Numbered from the stretch's first letter, positions 1-10,607 are shown. The stretch is DNA of 64,000 bases from Promethearchaeota archaeon (GCA_014728035.1 WJMJ01000148.1:1-64000); one strand, 5' to 3'. The notes: generated from the letters alone by a model not told the origin. Numbers and translations are program-made.

Positions 1-557
1 AGATAGTTGTTTCAGTAGATTTCCGAGATAGACTGCAACCTGATCCTGGTGATGCATTTTGCTTCTATGCTTCAGCTGTGAGACCTAAGATAAAATACGA
101 CAAAGGAAAGACTGTATGGGAAAATAGTGAATCCGTATATAAGAAGCTCAAAGGTCTTCTTACTGATAAGAACATATTCGAATCTCAAAGAATTGGCAAC
201 TTGGATCAAGACTTGTTAGATGCATTTCATCTCTACAGACACGGATTACTAGAAGATGATACCATCAAAAGACTTGTTGACGGTGCGAATTTGGTTGGTA
301 TGAATTCTGGAATCTGTTTTACTAATTTAGGTAGATTGGATATACCCGTACAATACAATCAACATAGACTGTTGGAAATAATCGGGCCTTTTGTTGGAAG
401 TGATACCATAGAAAAGTACGTGGGAGTATCAACATTAGGTGGAAAGATTTCTCTATCACTAATCCATGAGGTTCATCATTTAGAACCCGAGATTGCTGCT
501 AAAGTATTAGACAAAGCTATTGAGATAGCATTAGGAAGGGATGCACAATATGAGTAA
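1..557 (+). CDS. Condensation-domain / alcohol acetyltransferase (PapA5-like) protein, 5'-partial
   Basis: Frame is open from base 3 (IVVSVDFRDRL...FGFYAS) into ORF 78..557. The VDFR and TNLGR motifs and the final 'GVSTLGGKISLSL' are typical of the CoA-dependent acyltransferase C-lobe. Confidence 0.6.
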   Translation, partial: IVVSVDFRDRLQPDPGDAFCFYASAVRPKIKYDKGKTVWENSESVYKKLKGLLTDKNIFESQRIGNLDQDLLDAFHLYRHGLLEDDTIKRLVDGANLVGMNSGICFTNLGRLDIPVQYNQHRLLEIIGPFVGSDTIEKYVGVSTLGGKISLSLIHEVHHLEPEIAAKVLDKAIEIALGRDAQYE

Positions 558-1116
558 AACAAAGGTAAAATCAAACTATGCACCATTTCCAAAGCCTATT
601 GCATTATTAGGTGTGATGGTTGAAGGAAAACCCAACTTCATGAACGTTGCTTGGTTCAATCGAGCACACATGGATCCAAATCTCTGGATGATTTCACTCA
701 ACAAATTCCATTACACAGTGAAGGGAATCAAAGAAAACAAGACACTGAGTATCAATTTACCATCTGCAGAATTAGTTAAAAAATTGGATTATTGTGGATT
801 AGTTTCGGGTAGAGATGTTGACAAGTCAGAACTATTCACAATATTCTATGGAGATTCAAAAGAAACTCCTATGATCAAAGAGTGCTTGGTTAATGTCGAA
901 TTATCAATTGATGAAATTATCGAAGTAAAAGATCAGTATCTATTCGTAGCAAAAGTTCAGAACATCTATGCAAATGCAGAAATTCTGACTGATGGAGAAA
1001 TGGATTTAGAAAAATATCATCCGATTCTCTTCATAAAAGCTAATCCTGAGGGCTTCTACTATGCCCTAGGAGAACAGATTGGTAAGGCATGGCATGTTGG
1101 TAAAGCTTTGAAGTGA
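550..1116 (+). CDS. Flavin reductase-like FMN-binding protein (flavoredoxin family)
   Basis: PKPIALLG, NFMNVAW, INLPS, DYCGLVSGRDVDK, PMIKEC and IGKAW motifs. ATG at 550 overlaps the upstream stop. Confidence 0.9.
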   Translation: MSKTKVKSNYAPFPKPIALLGVMVEGKPNFMNVAWFNRAHMDPNLWMISLNKFHYTVKGIKENKTLSINLPSAELVKKLDYCGLVSGRDVDKSELFTIFYGDSKETPMIKECLVNVELSIDEIIEVKDQYLFVAKVQNIYANAEILTDGEMDLEKYHPILFIKANPEGFYYALGEQIGKAWHVGKALK

Positions 1117-1214
1117 TATATGCATCAAAATCAGAAGGGAGAGAACTACGATAATTTCGATAACGAGATTTATCTGTTAGTTTCTATTACATCTCTAAGG
1201 TTGTGTGTAGTCAA

Positions 1215-2186
1215 ATGATAGAAACTAGAGTTACAGAGATATTGGGATGCAAATATCCTATCATAGTAGGTACGATGGCTAGAATTACAAATCCAGAATT
1301 TGTAGCAGCAGCTAGTAATGCAGGTGCTTGTGCAGTTTTAGCAAGTGCAAACTATAGAAATCCTGATGAATTGCGGGAAGCAATTAAAAAAACTCGTTCA
1401 TTAACCAAGGAACCATTTGCAGTAAATATCAATTTGTTTCCTGCTCTAATGCCCCAAGATAAACTCGAGGACTATGTTGATGCTACTATAGCAGAGGATG
1501 TCAAAATTATCGAGACTAGTGGACATAAAGCTCCAGAAGAACTGATACCTAAATTCAAGAATAGTGGAGCTTTATGGATCCATAAATGTGCAGGTGTACG
1601 ATATGCGAAAAAAGGAGCTTCTCTCGGTGCTGATATGATAACTGTAGTTGGTTATGAAAATGGAGGAGCAACTGGCAAACTGGATATCGGTACAATGGTA
1701 ATGACGCCATCTGTTGTTGACGCTGTTGATGTGCCCGTCATTGCTGGTGGGGGTATTGCAGATGGAAGAGGAGTTGCTGCAATTCTAGCTCTTGGTGCAG
1801 AAGGTGTTATCATGGGAACAAGAATGATGGCGACTCAAGAGTGTCCCATTCATGAACACCTCAAACAAGCCTTTGTCGATGCTGCTGAAACAGACACAGT
1901 TCTAGCTCTGCGCTCAATTGGAAACACACATAGAATATGGAACAATCAAGCTGCTCAGAAAGTATTAGAACTTGAGGCCGAAGGTGCACCTTTATTCAAG
2001 TTAGTTCAAGCTGCTGCTGGAGAAAAAGCACAGAAGATGTATGACGAGGGAGATACCAGTGTAGGAGTAGTAAGTTGTGGCCAAGGTGTGGGAATTGTTA
2101 GAGATATTCCTACTGTTAAGGAATTACTTGATAGGATAATGAAAGAAACAGAAGAAAGAATTACACAGCTTAGTAAACTGAGATAA
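1215..2186 (+). CDS. Nitronate monooxygenase / FabK-like FMN oxidoreductase
   Basis: KYPIIVGTM, AAASNAG, PFAVN, VIAGGGIADGRG and GVIMGTR motifs. Likely start is ATG 1215. Confidence 0.9.
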   Translation: MIETRVTEILGCKYPIIVGTMARITNPEFVAAASNAGACAVLASANYRNPDELREAIKKTRSLTKEPFAVNINLFPALMPQDKLEDYVDATIAEDVKIIETSGHKAPEELIPKFKNSGALWIHKCAGVRYAKKGASLGADMITVVGYENGGATGKLDIGTMVMTPSVVDAVDVPVIAGGGIADGRGVAAILALGAEGVIMGTRMMATQECPIHEHLKQAFVDAAETDTVLALRSIGNTHRIWNNQAAQKVLELEAEGAPLFKLVQAAAGEKAQKMYDEGDTSVGVVSCGQGVGIVRDIPTVKELLDRIMKETEERITQLSKLR

Positions 2187-2281
2187 CAAATGAAGGATAT
2201 CCAATAATAGGGAGAATAAGACAAGTTATTTACAACTGTGTTAATCTTTTCATGGTTACTGGATATCCGCTTTCTGCAGAT

Positions 2282-3244
2282 TTACATTTTGAAGAATTTA
2301 TCAGCATGTTGAAATTGGAAACCACAACGTCTAGCAAAGGTCTTATCTGTGGTCTGGTCTCCAACCATGATTGTTTCATCAGGGTTCAATTTGTACTCTT
2401 CCACAAGTTCTACTCCAAGGCCGGGCATTGGTTTTCTGCAGTAACAGTTTATCGGGAAGTAATAGTGGGGACAAAACCGGTAGTCGATATCTAATCCTAA
2501 CAATTCGTTCGTCTTCTCGAAGCAAGATTCAGCTTCTTTATGGGTAATTACACCTTTTCCTACAAAGGACTGATTGGAAACCCCAAGCAGTAAGTATCCT
2601 CGTTCTAAATATGAATCTAGAGTTTCTCTCCGACCAGGCAATATTTCGATATCATCTGGTGTCTTTGGATATTTCTCTCCGCTCTTAGTTTTCCTTAGTG
2701 TCCCATCGTAGTCAAGGATGATAGCTTTATTTTTGTAAATTTCTTTGTCCATCTCTCTCTCAAAGTAAACAGTTTCTAAAGTATCGAAGCCTTCCTTCTT
2801 TTTTGGTTTCTCAAGTTTCTTTCTATAAGCAAACAATGCTGCAGGAGGAAAGGTGTTAGGATCCTTCTTCGCCTTTATTTCATCAGGACTAAGAAGTTTT
2901 CCAAATCGTCTAATCATCCTTAGACAAGAATTGTATTGAGCAACCTCAATTGCTTTGGGAGTCTTTGATGTGAGCCATATACCTTTGACAGAAAAACCGT
3001 TCTTTTGTGCCCATTCTATTACTGGAGTTCTAGACTCCTTTGTCATGTAAGTATTATCTAAGATAAACCTCGTTTCCCCATTGTTGTATTCCTTACTCAT
3101 CATTGGAATGAGATCGTCTAATCCACACCCTAGTATGTCACGATTCAATCGAAAGTATCCCTGCTCTATGTATGGTTTTGCTAGTCTGGACTTTCCCATT
3201 GCAGGATATCCCATAACCATCACAATATCATTAGTAGAGTTCAT
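2282..3244 (-). CDS. Bifunctional P-loop kinase (AAA_33) + HAD-IIIA phosphatase, polynucleotide kinase/phosphatase-like
   Basis: Walker A GYPAMGKS plus NRD and LDNT in the N-half. DYDGT, SNQS, CPH...CYCRKP and MVGD in the C-half. Confidence 0.8.
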   Translation of the reverse strand: MNSTNDIVMVMGYPAMGKSRLAKPYIEQGYFRLNRDILGCGLDDLIPMMSKEYNNGETRFILDNTYMTKESRTPVIEWAQKNGFSVKGIWLTSKTPKAIEVAQYNSCLRMIRRFGKLLSPDEIKAKKDPNTFPPAALFAYRKKLEKPKKKEGFDTLETVYFEREMDKEIYKNKAIILDYDGTLRKTKSGEKYPKTPDDIEILPGRRETLDSYLERGYLLLGVSNQSFVGKGVITHKEAESCFEKTNELLGLDIDYRFCPHYYFPINCYCRKPMPGLGVELVEEYKLNPDETIMVGDQTTDKTFARRCGFQFQHADKFFKM

Positions 3245-3352
3245 TGGTAGACACCATTATCTATCATCACAATTTTTCAGTATATGAAAAGTACTCCGTT
3301 ATTGAAAGACTTGATAGAAAATATATCTTTAATCTATTTCAAGGCTCTCACA

Positions 3353-3829
3353 TTAGGGAAACTTTCTATATCTCATTAACTTTTCAGCGCATTCAGTTTG
3401 ATTGAGAAAAGTTATTGATAGAACTTTACCATTTTCAAACATAACCTCCATTCCTATTTCCGATAGACAAAAGGAATCATTATTACTTTCTTTCATTTGT
3501 TCAATATCTCTGATAGCTAATATTTGTCCTGAGAACGATAAGTGAATAGAGAGACCAGAATATAGATGACTAAACGGGGCATCTTCTAATCTGACTGGTT
3601 CTATTCCACACACAATCATAGCTGTTTTGAGATTAATAGAAATTTCATGAAGGATTAACAGATTATTTTCTAGTTTTAGATGAAGTATGTATCCTTTTCT
3701 ACAATCGGTTGAAGCCATGTATGGAGAAAACCCATATTCCGACGGATGAAACAATGGTGGTTTTCTAACTCCGTGAATGAAATATCTTCGACCGTTATAA
3801 GCGAGTATGTCTCGTTTCTGATCAGTCAT
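3353..3829 (-). CDS. Hypothetical protein
   Basis: 158-aa ORF starting MTDQKRD with a STDCRKGY motif. Function not recognised. Confidence 0.55.
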   Translation of the reverse strand: MTDQKRDILAYNGRRYFIHGVRKPPLFHPSEYGFSPYMASTDCRKGYILHLKLENNLLILHEISINLKTAMIVCGIEPVRLEDAPFSHLYSGLSIHLSFSGQILAIRDIEQMKESNNDSFCLSEIGMEVMFENGKVLSITFLNQTECAEKLMRYRKFP

Positions 3830-4078
3830 ATGGAACTTTCTGTTCTATCTTGATTCTAAAAATGTTCTTATTAATCCAAACAGGTTTCAGGATTAGACGT
3901 TCTTTAATGCAAATTAAATTACTTTTTGAAGAAGAATCCAAGATTGAAAGTTATTTAGAATACGATGAGAATCTCAATACAGTTTCCACTACAAATTCTG
4001 AAATCAAAAAAAAAATTTCAAATTTATTACATAACAAGAATCGTACTCACCTCATTATTCATTCATTTTCGGAAAATA

Positions 4079-5503
4079 TCATCTCATGATTGAAAGTATT
4101 CTATCCGAGATATTTTCGAAAACAATTTCACATGCAAATCCTAGATGACTATACATCCTAAGTAATTGGTGTTGTATGACGCCTTTGTGTTTTGCTAATC
4201 TAAGTTTTATTTCAGAGAAATCACTTTGGAATAACAACTGATGACGACCAGATTTTCCTCGTTGCTTACGCCATTCAGGATTTGTTATTTTATTTCTAAC
4301 TTTTTTGTAGAGCCCGGTACCATATATCGGATAGGGAAAAGAATAGGACAAGTAATCAACGGGAAGTTTTGATGAGAAATTCACTGTCCTAAGTAGGGAG
4401 TCATTAGTTTCACCAGGATAGCCAAGAATGAAGAAAGCACCAGTTTCCATTCCAGTTCTTGAGGCATTTTGAATAGCGATTTTTGCGTCTTCCGGAATTA
4501 TTTGTTTGTTCATAATTCTAAGAATTCTTGGATCACCTGATTCAATTCCGAAAAATATTCTTTTACATCCTGCTTGGTACATCTTCTCAGCTAAATCCTG
4601 TGTTAGTGTATCTGCACGACTAAGACACATCCAATTCAAACCGATGGGATTCTCAATAAGCATATCGCATAGTTCATGAGTTCGATTTGGACTCAGTGTA
4701 AAACAATCATCTTGGAAGAAGACACGATCGTATCCTAGCTGTTTAATCTCGACCATTTCCTCGTACACATTTTGTGCAGACCGCTCTCTGTAAGATCTAC
4801 CAAATACAGGATTACTACAGAAATCACAATTGTAAGGACATCCTCTAGTAGTCATCATACTAGTAGATGTATAACCATGAAGAACCTTCCAATATTTTTG
4901 GTATGCATGATTAGGGAATAGATCACGAGCAGGGAAAGGAATCGTATCAAGATTCTTTTCAAAAGGCCGTTTCTTTGTCTTTAGTATTTGCCCATTATCA
5001 TGCTTAAATGCTATACCTTTGGTTTCATTCCAGGGGACACCATTTAGAAACCTTCTGACTAATTCTAAGAAGGTCTCCTCACCCTCATTTAGAACCACTA
5101 CATCGAAAATGTCGAGAAAATGTTCGGGAACCAATGTAGGTAAGGGTCCTCCAACAACTAATAATTCAACCTCATTTCTAATTTGATTAGCAATGTCCAA
5201 TGCATGATGATTGATGGTAACCATTGAATAAATGCCAACAATCTTTGGTTGAATTTCACGGATATTGTTTAGAACTTGGTCCATTCTTGAGAATGTACAA
5301 TCAATTATATCAACCTCAAATCCATTAATTCTAAGAACTGATGCTAAATATCCAATTCCAAGAGGGGGATAACGAAAAATAGACTTGTCCAGTTCTTCAT
5401 TAAAATATGGATTTACCAGCAATACATCCACGACTTGAAACCATCCGTAATGAGAGAGTGTATGATTTTGATAAAGTGAATCAATAATTACAAATCCAAT
5501 CAC
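4079..5503 (-). CDS. B12-binding-domain radical SAM protein
   Basis: PPLGIGYLAS, VVGGP and EGE in the B12 domain. TRGCPYNCDFC (CxxxCxxC), FQDDCF, GIESG and GYPGET. Probable start is GTG near 5431 (VDVLLVNP). Confidence 0.92.
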   Translation of the reverse strand: MIGFVIIDSLYQNHTLSHYGWFQVVDVLLVNPYFNEELDKSIFRYPPLGIGYLASVLRINGFEVDIIDCTFSRMDQVLNNIREIQPKIVGIYSMVTINHHALDIANQIRNEVELLVVGGPLPTLVPEHFLDIFDVVVLNEGEETFLELVRRFLNGVPWNETKGIAFKHDNGQILKTKKRPFEKNLDTIPFPARDLFPNHAYQKYWKVLHGYTSTSMMTTRGCPYNCDFCSNPVFGRSYRERSAQNVYEEMVEIKQLGYDRVFFQDDCFTLSPNRTHELCDMLIENPIGLNWMCLSRADTLTQDLAEKMYQAGCKRIFFGIESGDPRILRIMNKQIIPEDAKIAIQNASRTGMETGAFFILGYPGETNDSLLRTVNFSSKLPVDYLSYSFPYPIYGTGLYKKVRNKITNPEWRKQRGKSGRHQLLFQSDFSEIKLRLAKHKGVIQHQLLRMYSHLGFACEIVFENISDRILSIMR

Positions 5504-6360
5504 TCAGAAATGCTATTGTAAAGATACGCCCTTCTACCTAATAAGATGGAGTATCCAAATTTTGAAACGTTAGGTTTCAGTTTGAAAATAAAGCCGCTCC
5601 AACAAATATCACCGTCACCGATGATTTCTCTTCCTCTAAATATTTGTGTACTCGCCGGGATGTCTATTTTAAATCCTAAATCAATATCTGGTGAATAGAA
5701 TATTGCCCAATCCGCTTTAACTTCGTTCCATTCCCCAATATCTTTTCTTGACAGTTTCAGTCCAGTGCTATCAAAATAATGTGTGAATATATTTCCACCC
5801 AGTTCAGTAGAAACAAAGATATTCTGAAGGTTCTCTCTCACAACGTTGGAAAAATCGAGCTCAACAGTTACTAGGTCTAATTCTCTATTGATATTATAAG
5901 TAGTAGTTATGAAACCTCTATCTCTAACATGAAAAAACATGGGTATCAATTTCTGATCTTTACTAGTTTTTCCTCCTGAAAAAAGTCGAGAGAGGGGGCC
6001 AAATGGTACTCTAAGTCCTTTCAAATACAATAAGTTGTAAATTCGCTGTATTACCCACGAAAATAACTGAATCTTATTTGCCATAAATTGTTCCCGCTCT
6101 ATCAGATTCATATAGAATTTCTTCCAACACCAATCGCATTGAATCAAACCCTGATTAGAAACCGTACTTTTTCCAGAGAAATAGAAATCTCTTCGGTATT
6201 GTAGAATAGGTACACCAAAGCCTACCCCCTCCTCAGATAGATCTGCTTTACCACTATCACGGCTTATAACCAGGCCTTTCTGAATAGGTTTTGTTTTTCC
6301 TCTGTGAGGTCTTGAATCTTGATAGAGATAGTATTGGAAGATGTTGGAAGAATTTTTCAT
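5500..6360 (-). CDS. Conserved hypothetical protein co-oriented upstream of the radical SAM gene
   Basis: 286-aa ORF with KGLV...EEGVGFGVP and FRGRE...W motifs. Confidence 0.6.
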   Translation of the reverse strand: MKNSSNIFQYYLYQDSRPHRGKTKPIQKGLVISRDSGKADLSEEGVGFGVPILQYRRDFYFSGKSTVSNQGLIQCDWCWKKFYMNLIEREQFMANKIQLFSWVIQRIYNLLYLKGLRVPFGPLSRLFSGGKTSKDQKLIPMFFHVRDRGFITTTYNINRELDLVTVELDFSNVVRENLQNIFVSTELGGNIFTHYFDSTGLKLSRKDIGEWNEVKADWAIFYSPDIDLGFKIDIPASTQIFRGREIIGDGDICWSGFIFKLKPNVSKFGYSILLGRRAYLYNSISE

Positions 6361-6499
6361 TGGTCATATATCAGACTCCAACTATAAATAAGGTTTCAAC
6401 CACATATTAACCCGAATGAATTCTTGACATTGATTTCTTCATGTAAAGTATGTCAGCATTTGTATTCTCATCAAACGGATAAATCCAGTATTTGTGTTG

Positions 6500-7543
6500 T
6501 TAGTTAGATTGTTGTTCCTCTAGTTCATCAACTGATTTTCTCATTGATGTTCTTGTATTCCCAGTAAAAATGAATTTCAGTATCCTTGACCTGTCAATAA
6601 CTTGAGATGAAATAATCCAAGAAACAATGACCCCATTAAGTAAATTCAATATCTGAAAATTCTTGAAGATCCAGAAATCCCATTTAGTCAAGAATGGATG
6701 AATCTCATAAATCTCTTGACCATATTGATTGAAACTAACAAGTGCAGATTTAATGCGCTCAAATTTACATAAATGATAAGAAATTAATCCAATCACATAG
6801 GCACCAAGAATTCCAGAAGTCATATGAAGAAGGATAGAATTTCCGTATAGGGAAGCACCAATATTTGCAAATCCATTGACATAACCAAGAAAGAGCATAA
6901 TTGGTGTTAGAAGAACAAACAAGAGTACATCAATCCGAGTATTAATACTCCAATGATTCAATCCTTGAATTTTCTTAATTTCATTACCTATCAACAAGAA
7001 AGATGTTCCAATGAAGATAGAATCAATTCCACCAATCATGAGGTATACGTTTAGGAGATCTTTCAGATAAACTGAAAAAAGAGGTAGAAAAAGAATCAAG
7101 AATAATCTGAATGAAATATTCTTATCGTGTAGAATTCGGTCAATTACCGTAAATAGAACAATTGCAAAAAAGAGTGCTTTTAGAAACCAGAGATGTGATA
7201 CCCAAACTGGTGGGCCATTTCCATAGATCAACCAATAGGTGTACTCTTCAGGTGAATATCCAATATCAATCAGGGGATAGAAAAAGTAGTACAAAATTAC
7301 GATACTAATTGTAAGAATAAGAAATGGAATCATTATACTCTTAAACCGCTTTCTATAGAGAACTTGCAACTTATATCGATACTTTTCGTTGTTATGAGTA
7401 AATCCATACATAATAAAAAATACAGGGATTACAAAACCTGTAATCATATTGATTAGAGGATTATAATCAAATGAATGAGTGCAAATTATGAAAAACAATG
7501 CTATAGATTTCGTACAATCAATCCATGCAACTTTTTCTGTCAC
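6500..7543 (-). CDS. Acyltransferase_3 family membrane O-acyltransferase
   Basis: KVAWID...K...H start, PVFFIMYG, HLWFL and IYEIH motifs, about 9-10 TM segments. Confidence 0.85.
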   Translation of the reverse strand: MTEKVAWIDCTKSIALFFIICTHSFDYNPLINMITGFVIPVFFIMYGFTHNNEKYRYKLQVLYRKRFKSIMIPFLILTISIVILYYFFYPLIDIGYSPEEYTYWLIYGNGPPVWVSHLWFLKALFFAIVLFTVIDRILHDKNISFRLFLILFLPLFSVYLKDLLNVYLMIGGIDSIFIGTSFLLIGNEIKKIQGLNHWSINTRIDVLLFVLLTPIMLFLGYVNGFANIGASLYGNSILLHMTSGILGAYVIGLISYHLCKFERIKSALVSFNQYGQEIYEIHPFLTKWDFWIFKNFQILNLLNGVIVSWIISSQVIDRSRILKFIFTGNTRTSMRKSVDELEEQQSN

Positions 7544-7696
7544 CTAATATTGCTCCTATATTTTTAGAGTAGCTAATTTTCTAATGGTCAAGTTTCACCA
7601 ATCCATTGTTTAACTCTATTTATTCTATGAACAACTTCCAAACTGAAAATGTTGGATAATATGTCATATAATTTAGTACAGTTATTTATTCTAATA

Positions 7697-7720
7697 TCAG
7701 ATATCTGACATAAGTCAGAT
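7697..7720. promoter_or_regulatory. Overlapping palindromes (putative operator) between divergent genes
   Basis: TCAGATATCTGA (7697-7708) and ATCTGAC-ATAA-GTCAGAT (7703-7720). Confidence 0.35.
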
Positions 7721-7950
7721 GAACAAATTGAAGATTGACTCCTTCAAGCTCTATTAATAGTACTATGAATGAGGAAAAAGTAAAGGAGTAGGTATTAAGA
7801 ATATCCACTGTATATCTTTTCAATAGAAAAATGAATTCAATATACTAACAAAGTCAAAAAACCAATCGAAGAAAATGTGATTAACCGTATTATGAAGTAG
7901 ACAAATAAAACATAATCATTAAATATAGTTAACACTTCATTAAGTATGAT

Positions 7951-8841
7951 GTGGTTAAGATTCTTCAATTTGATCCGTATCAAGACTTTGTTAATTTCAT
8001 AGCTGTTCTATTAGAGCCGATTGGTCTTGACCAATACGCACATTTCATAGCTATAGTACCTTTTCTAATCACTCTCTATATTGCATATCTAATTATAGCC
8101 AGATCTATTCGAATATCGTTCAAAAAAGCTGGATTTCCGAGGGAAGCCATTACAGGAGTAATTTTTATGGTAAGGCTTGTCTTCTTTGGCATTGCTCTTA
8201 TTGCTGGATTGGCAGTGACAAATCTAATCGCTGGCGAGGGTGTAATTGCATTTGGTGCACTCACAGGTACTGCAGTAGGTTTAGCATTTTCCAGGTCATT
8301 GAGTAATCTAGTAAGTGGACTTTATGTTTTTGCATCAAGACCCTTTAGAGTAGGAGATTATATCAGATTAGGTTCAAAAGAAGGTATAGTTCAGGATATA
8401 ACTCTAAATTATACCCGAATAAGAAGACCTGATGCAACCATTGAACTCATTCCAAATTCTGATATTGTGGAATCTAAGCTAGTTAATTTCAGAGTCAGAG
8501 CTGATGAATATCTTGAACAAGAAAGACCTGAGAGAACCACCGGATACTTTCGTACAGCAATGAAGACTCTTAAAGGATTCACTACGGGCGAAGAAGTCTA
8601 TCGTTATACTTTTGAAATTAGGATTCATAGGCTAGGTGATGCTATTTCAGCAAAACAAAGATTGGAAGAGGTTGTGGAAAAGTGGCATGATAAGTTTCTA
8701 GCTCCACCTGAGATGTACTATAGTTCTAATGATTATAATGGTATAGCTTTTGGATTTGGAATAATTGTTAGAAATGCCGTGGATATTATGAACGAAGGTA
8801 CTGACTTTCAAGCAGAATTAGCTGTTGCTGTTCATGGATGA
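7951..8841 (+). CDS. mscS: MscS family small-conductance mechanosensitive channel
   Basis: Three TM segments, then GLAF...SNLVSG, RPFRVGDYI, GIVQDITLNYTRI and IPNS. Confidence 0.88.
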   Translation: MVKILQFDPYQDFVNFIAVLLEPIGLDQYAHFIAIVPFLITLYIAYLIIARSIRISFKKAGFPREAITGVIFMVRLVFFGIALIAGLAVTNLIAGEGVIAFGALTGTAVGLAFSRSLSNLVSGLYVFASRPFRVGDYIRLGSKEGIVQDITLNYTRIRRPDATIELIPNSDIVESKLVNFRVRADEYLEQERPERTTGYFRTAMKTLKGFTTGEEVYRYTFEIRIHRLGDAISAKQRLEEVVEKWHDKFLAPPEMYYSSNDYNGIAFGFGIIVRNAVDIMNEGTDFQAELAVAVHG

Positions 8842-8949
8842 TTATATGACCTGATGCATTGTTTTGTATTCAAATTATTACATCAGTATCCTGCTTAGGA
8901 AGAAATAAAGAGATATGTAAAATTAAGATGGGAGATTTTACTAAAGAAA

Positions 8950-9645
8950 TCAGGCAAATACATGGAGATATGATCGGCCCTTTCTTCCTGCAACTCTTAT
9001 GAATCCCATCTTTCTAAGCGTATAGGTCATTTTCTGGGCAATACCAATCTTAACCTTGATCAAAGTCGCGAGTTCTCTATTCGTAAAAGGAGTTGATAAT
9101 TGCATTGGAAGTAATCCGAGTAGGTCTCTAGGACTTGAGAATTGGTATTTTTCAACTATTTTCAATAGTCTCCTATCATGAATACTCCAACCTTTACGTT
9201 TCCAACTTCCTTTTCCATCGTGTCTTCTAACCTCCTCCTCATGAATCAATACAACTTCAAGTTTGATTCCACGATTAGTAAGAAGGAATGGAACATGGAC
9301 AAGCTCATTGAACAGATGGTAGATATTTTTCTTAAGGGGTGATTTCCTCCGACTCAAAATCTCTTTTCCATCAATGCTCTCTTTGATAATCCATTTCTTT
9401 ATGGAAATAGGATGCACAATAGTTACTTGATAGTTTTTTACCAATGCTATGACTTTTTCTCTAATTGCGGCAATCTGTTTTGTTTGAACCTCGATTACAT
9501 GGTCATTTCGTAAAATATCCGCTACATACCCTTCAACGTCAGCTTCAAGTTCATCACTTGGTTGACTATACACTTCTTTTAGCTTGGCATGAAGGCTATA
9601 TTCTGATAGGGTGCCTATACTTGTATGAGGTTTATTTGAAGACAT
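8950..9645 (-). CDS. PD-(D/E)xK-like nuclease-fold protein with C-terminal winged HTH
   Basis: SLHAKLK...E...ADI...IEVQT core. The C-terminus FTNRELA...AQKMTYTLRKMG...GRKGRSYL is winged-HTH-like. Confidence 0.55.
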   Translation of the reverse strand: MSSNKPHTSIGTLSEYSLHAKLKEVYSQPSDELEADVEGYVADILRNDHVIEVQTKQIAAIREKVIALVKNYQVTIVHPISIKKWIIKESIDGKEILSRRKSPLKKNIYHLFNELVHVPFLLTNRGIKLEVVLIHEEEVRRHDGKGSWKRKGWSIHDRRLLKIVEKYQFSSPRDLLGLLPMQLSTPFTNRELATLIKVKIGIAQKMTYTLRKMGFIRVAGRKGRSYLHVFA

Positions 9646-9682
9646 TGAGTTAGATTGAATTTTCTGAATTAAGTGTGTTTTG

Positions 9683-9716
9683 AAAAAAAGAAAATAGGGG
9701 AGTAATCCCCGCTATT
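9683..9716 (-). terminator. Hairpin + U-tract terminator after the PRC-barrel gene
   Basis: GGGGA-GTAA-TCCCC (9697-9710) next to an A-run on + (U-tract on -), directly after the stop at 9715. Confidence 0.6.
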
Positions 9717-10494
9717 ATAGCCAATAACCAGGTTGATCATAGATCTCGAAGAGCTCTGCTTCGTATTCTCGGTCAATTTGTTTTTCTTTATCAAAGTGAG
9801 GTGCCTTTTCAAGGCGGTTTTTCGAAATCTTCATACTAATCTTTTGACCAAGCCAATCAACATCTTCAATCCAGTTATTAGCCACTAATCGTTTCTCTTC
9901 GCTTAACCAACCACCAACGTCAACTACAGCATAACGAATAACCCATTCATCGGCATCTAAGAGGAAGTTTTCTATGTTTCCAACACTCTCATCTGTTGCT
10001 TCCACATAATAACCATTTACTTCATTTATACTTCTAAGATGTCGTTCTGCTTCTTTAGAAACATGTTCTTCGGTGCGGGATTCATCAACTATTTCATAAG
10101 TAATAGTGGAGGATATGGGCATTGCTGCTCCTGGAACTGTTGTGGGTGAACTTGGTAGTATTCCAGGCCTAAATGGTGCCCATCCATAATATCTATGAAT
10201 CTCAGTCAATCTTTCTTCGGAAACTGGTCCAGACAAGTTAATAGTGGGACTATCTTTGATTTTTTGTTTGCTGACTTTTACAGGAATAGTTTCTTTTTTC
10301 CAAATTGGAACATCAGCAATCTCTGTGGATATTAGTACTTTTTCTTCAACTAGATTTCCTACATCTACAACTAGATACTGTACTGACCAGTCTCGATCGT
10401 CAAATAATAGAGAAACCACCTCTCCAATATCTCCGTCTTCAGTTAGAATTGAGTAGCCTTCTATCTTGTCTGCTATACTTAACATTGTGTTCAA
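9715..10494 (-). CDS. Tandem PRC-barrel domain protein
   Basis: Two repeats of GY.I...DG.IG.V..LLFD...W.VRYLVVDVG, each ending in a 'Y...YW'-like tail. HLRS linker. Confidence 0.88.
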   Translation of the reverse strand: MNTMLSIADKIEGYSILTEDGDIGEVVSLLFDDRDWSVQYLVVDVGNLVEEKVLISTEIADVPIWKKETIPVKVSKQKIKDSPTINLSGPVSEERLTEIHRYYGWAPFRPGILPSSPTTVPGAAMPISSTITYEIVDESRTEEHVSKEAERHLRSINEVNGYYVEATDESVGNIENFLLDADEWVIRYAVVDVGGWLSEEKRLVANNWIEDVDWLGQKISMKISKNRLEKAPHFDKEKQIDREYEAELFEIYDQPGYWL

Positions 10495-10607
10495 ACTCTT
10501 ACACTATAGTTAAGAAACCAGTCCTTATAATCTGTAGGTTATCGTCTGAAAAATGAATGTTTGGAGATAAGTCACCTAATTTTCAATTTGGCACATAATT
10601 TTTCAAT

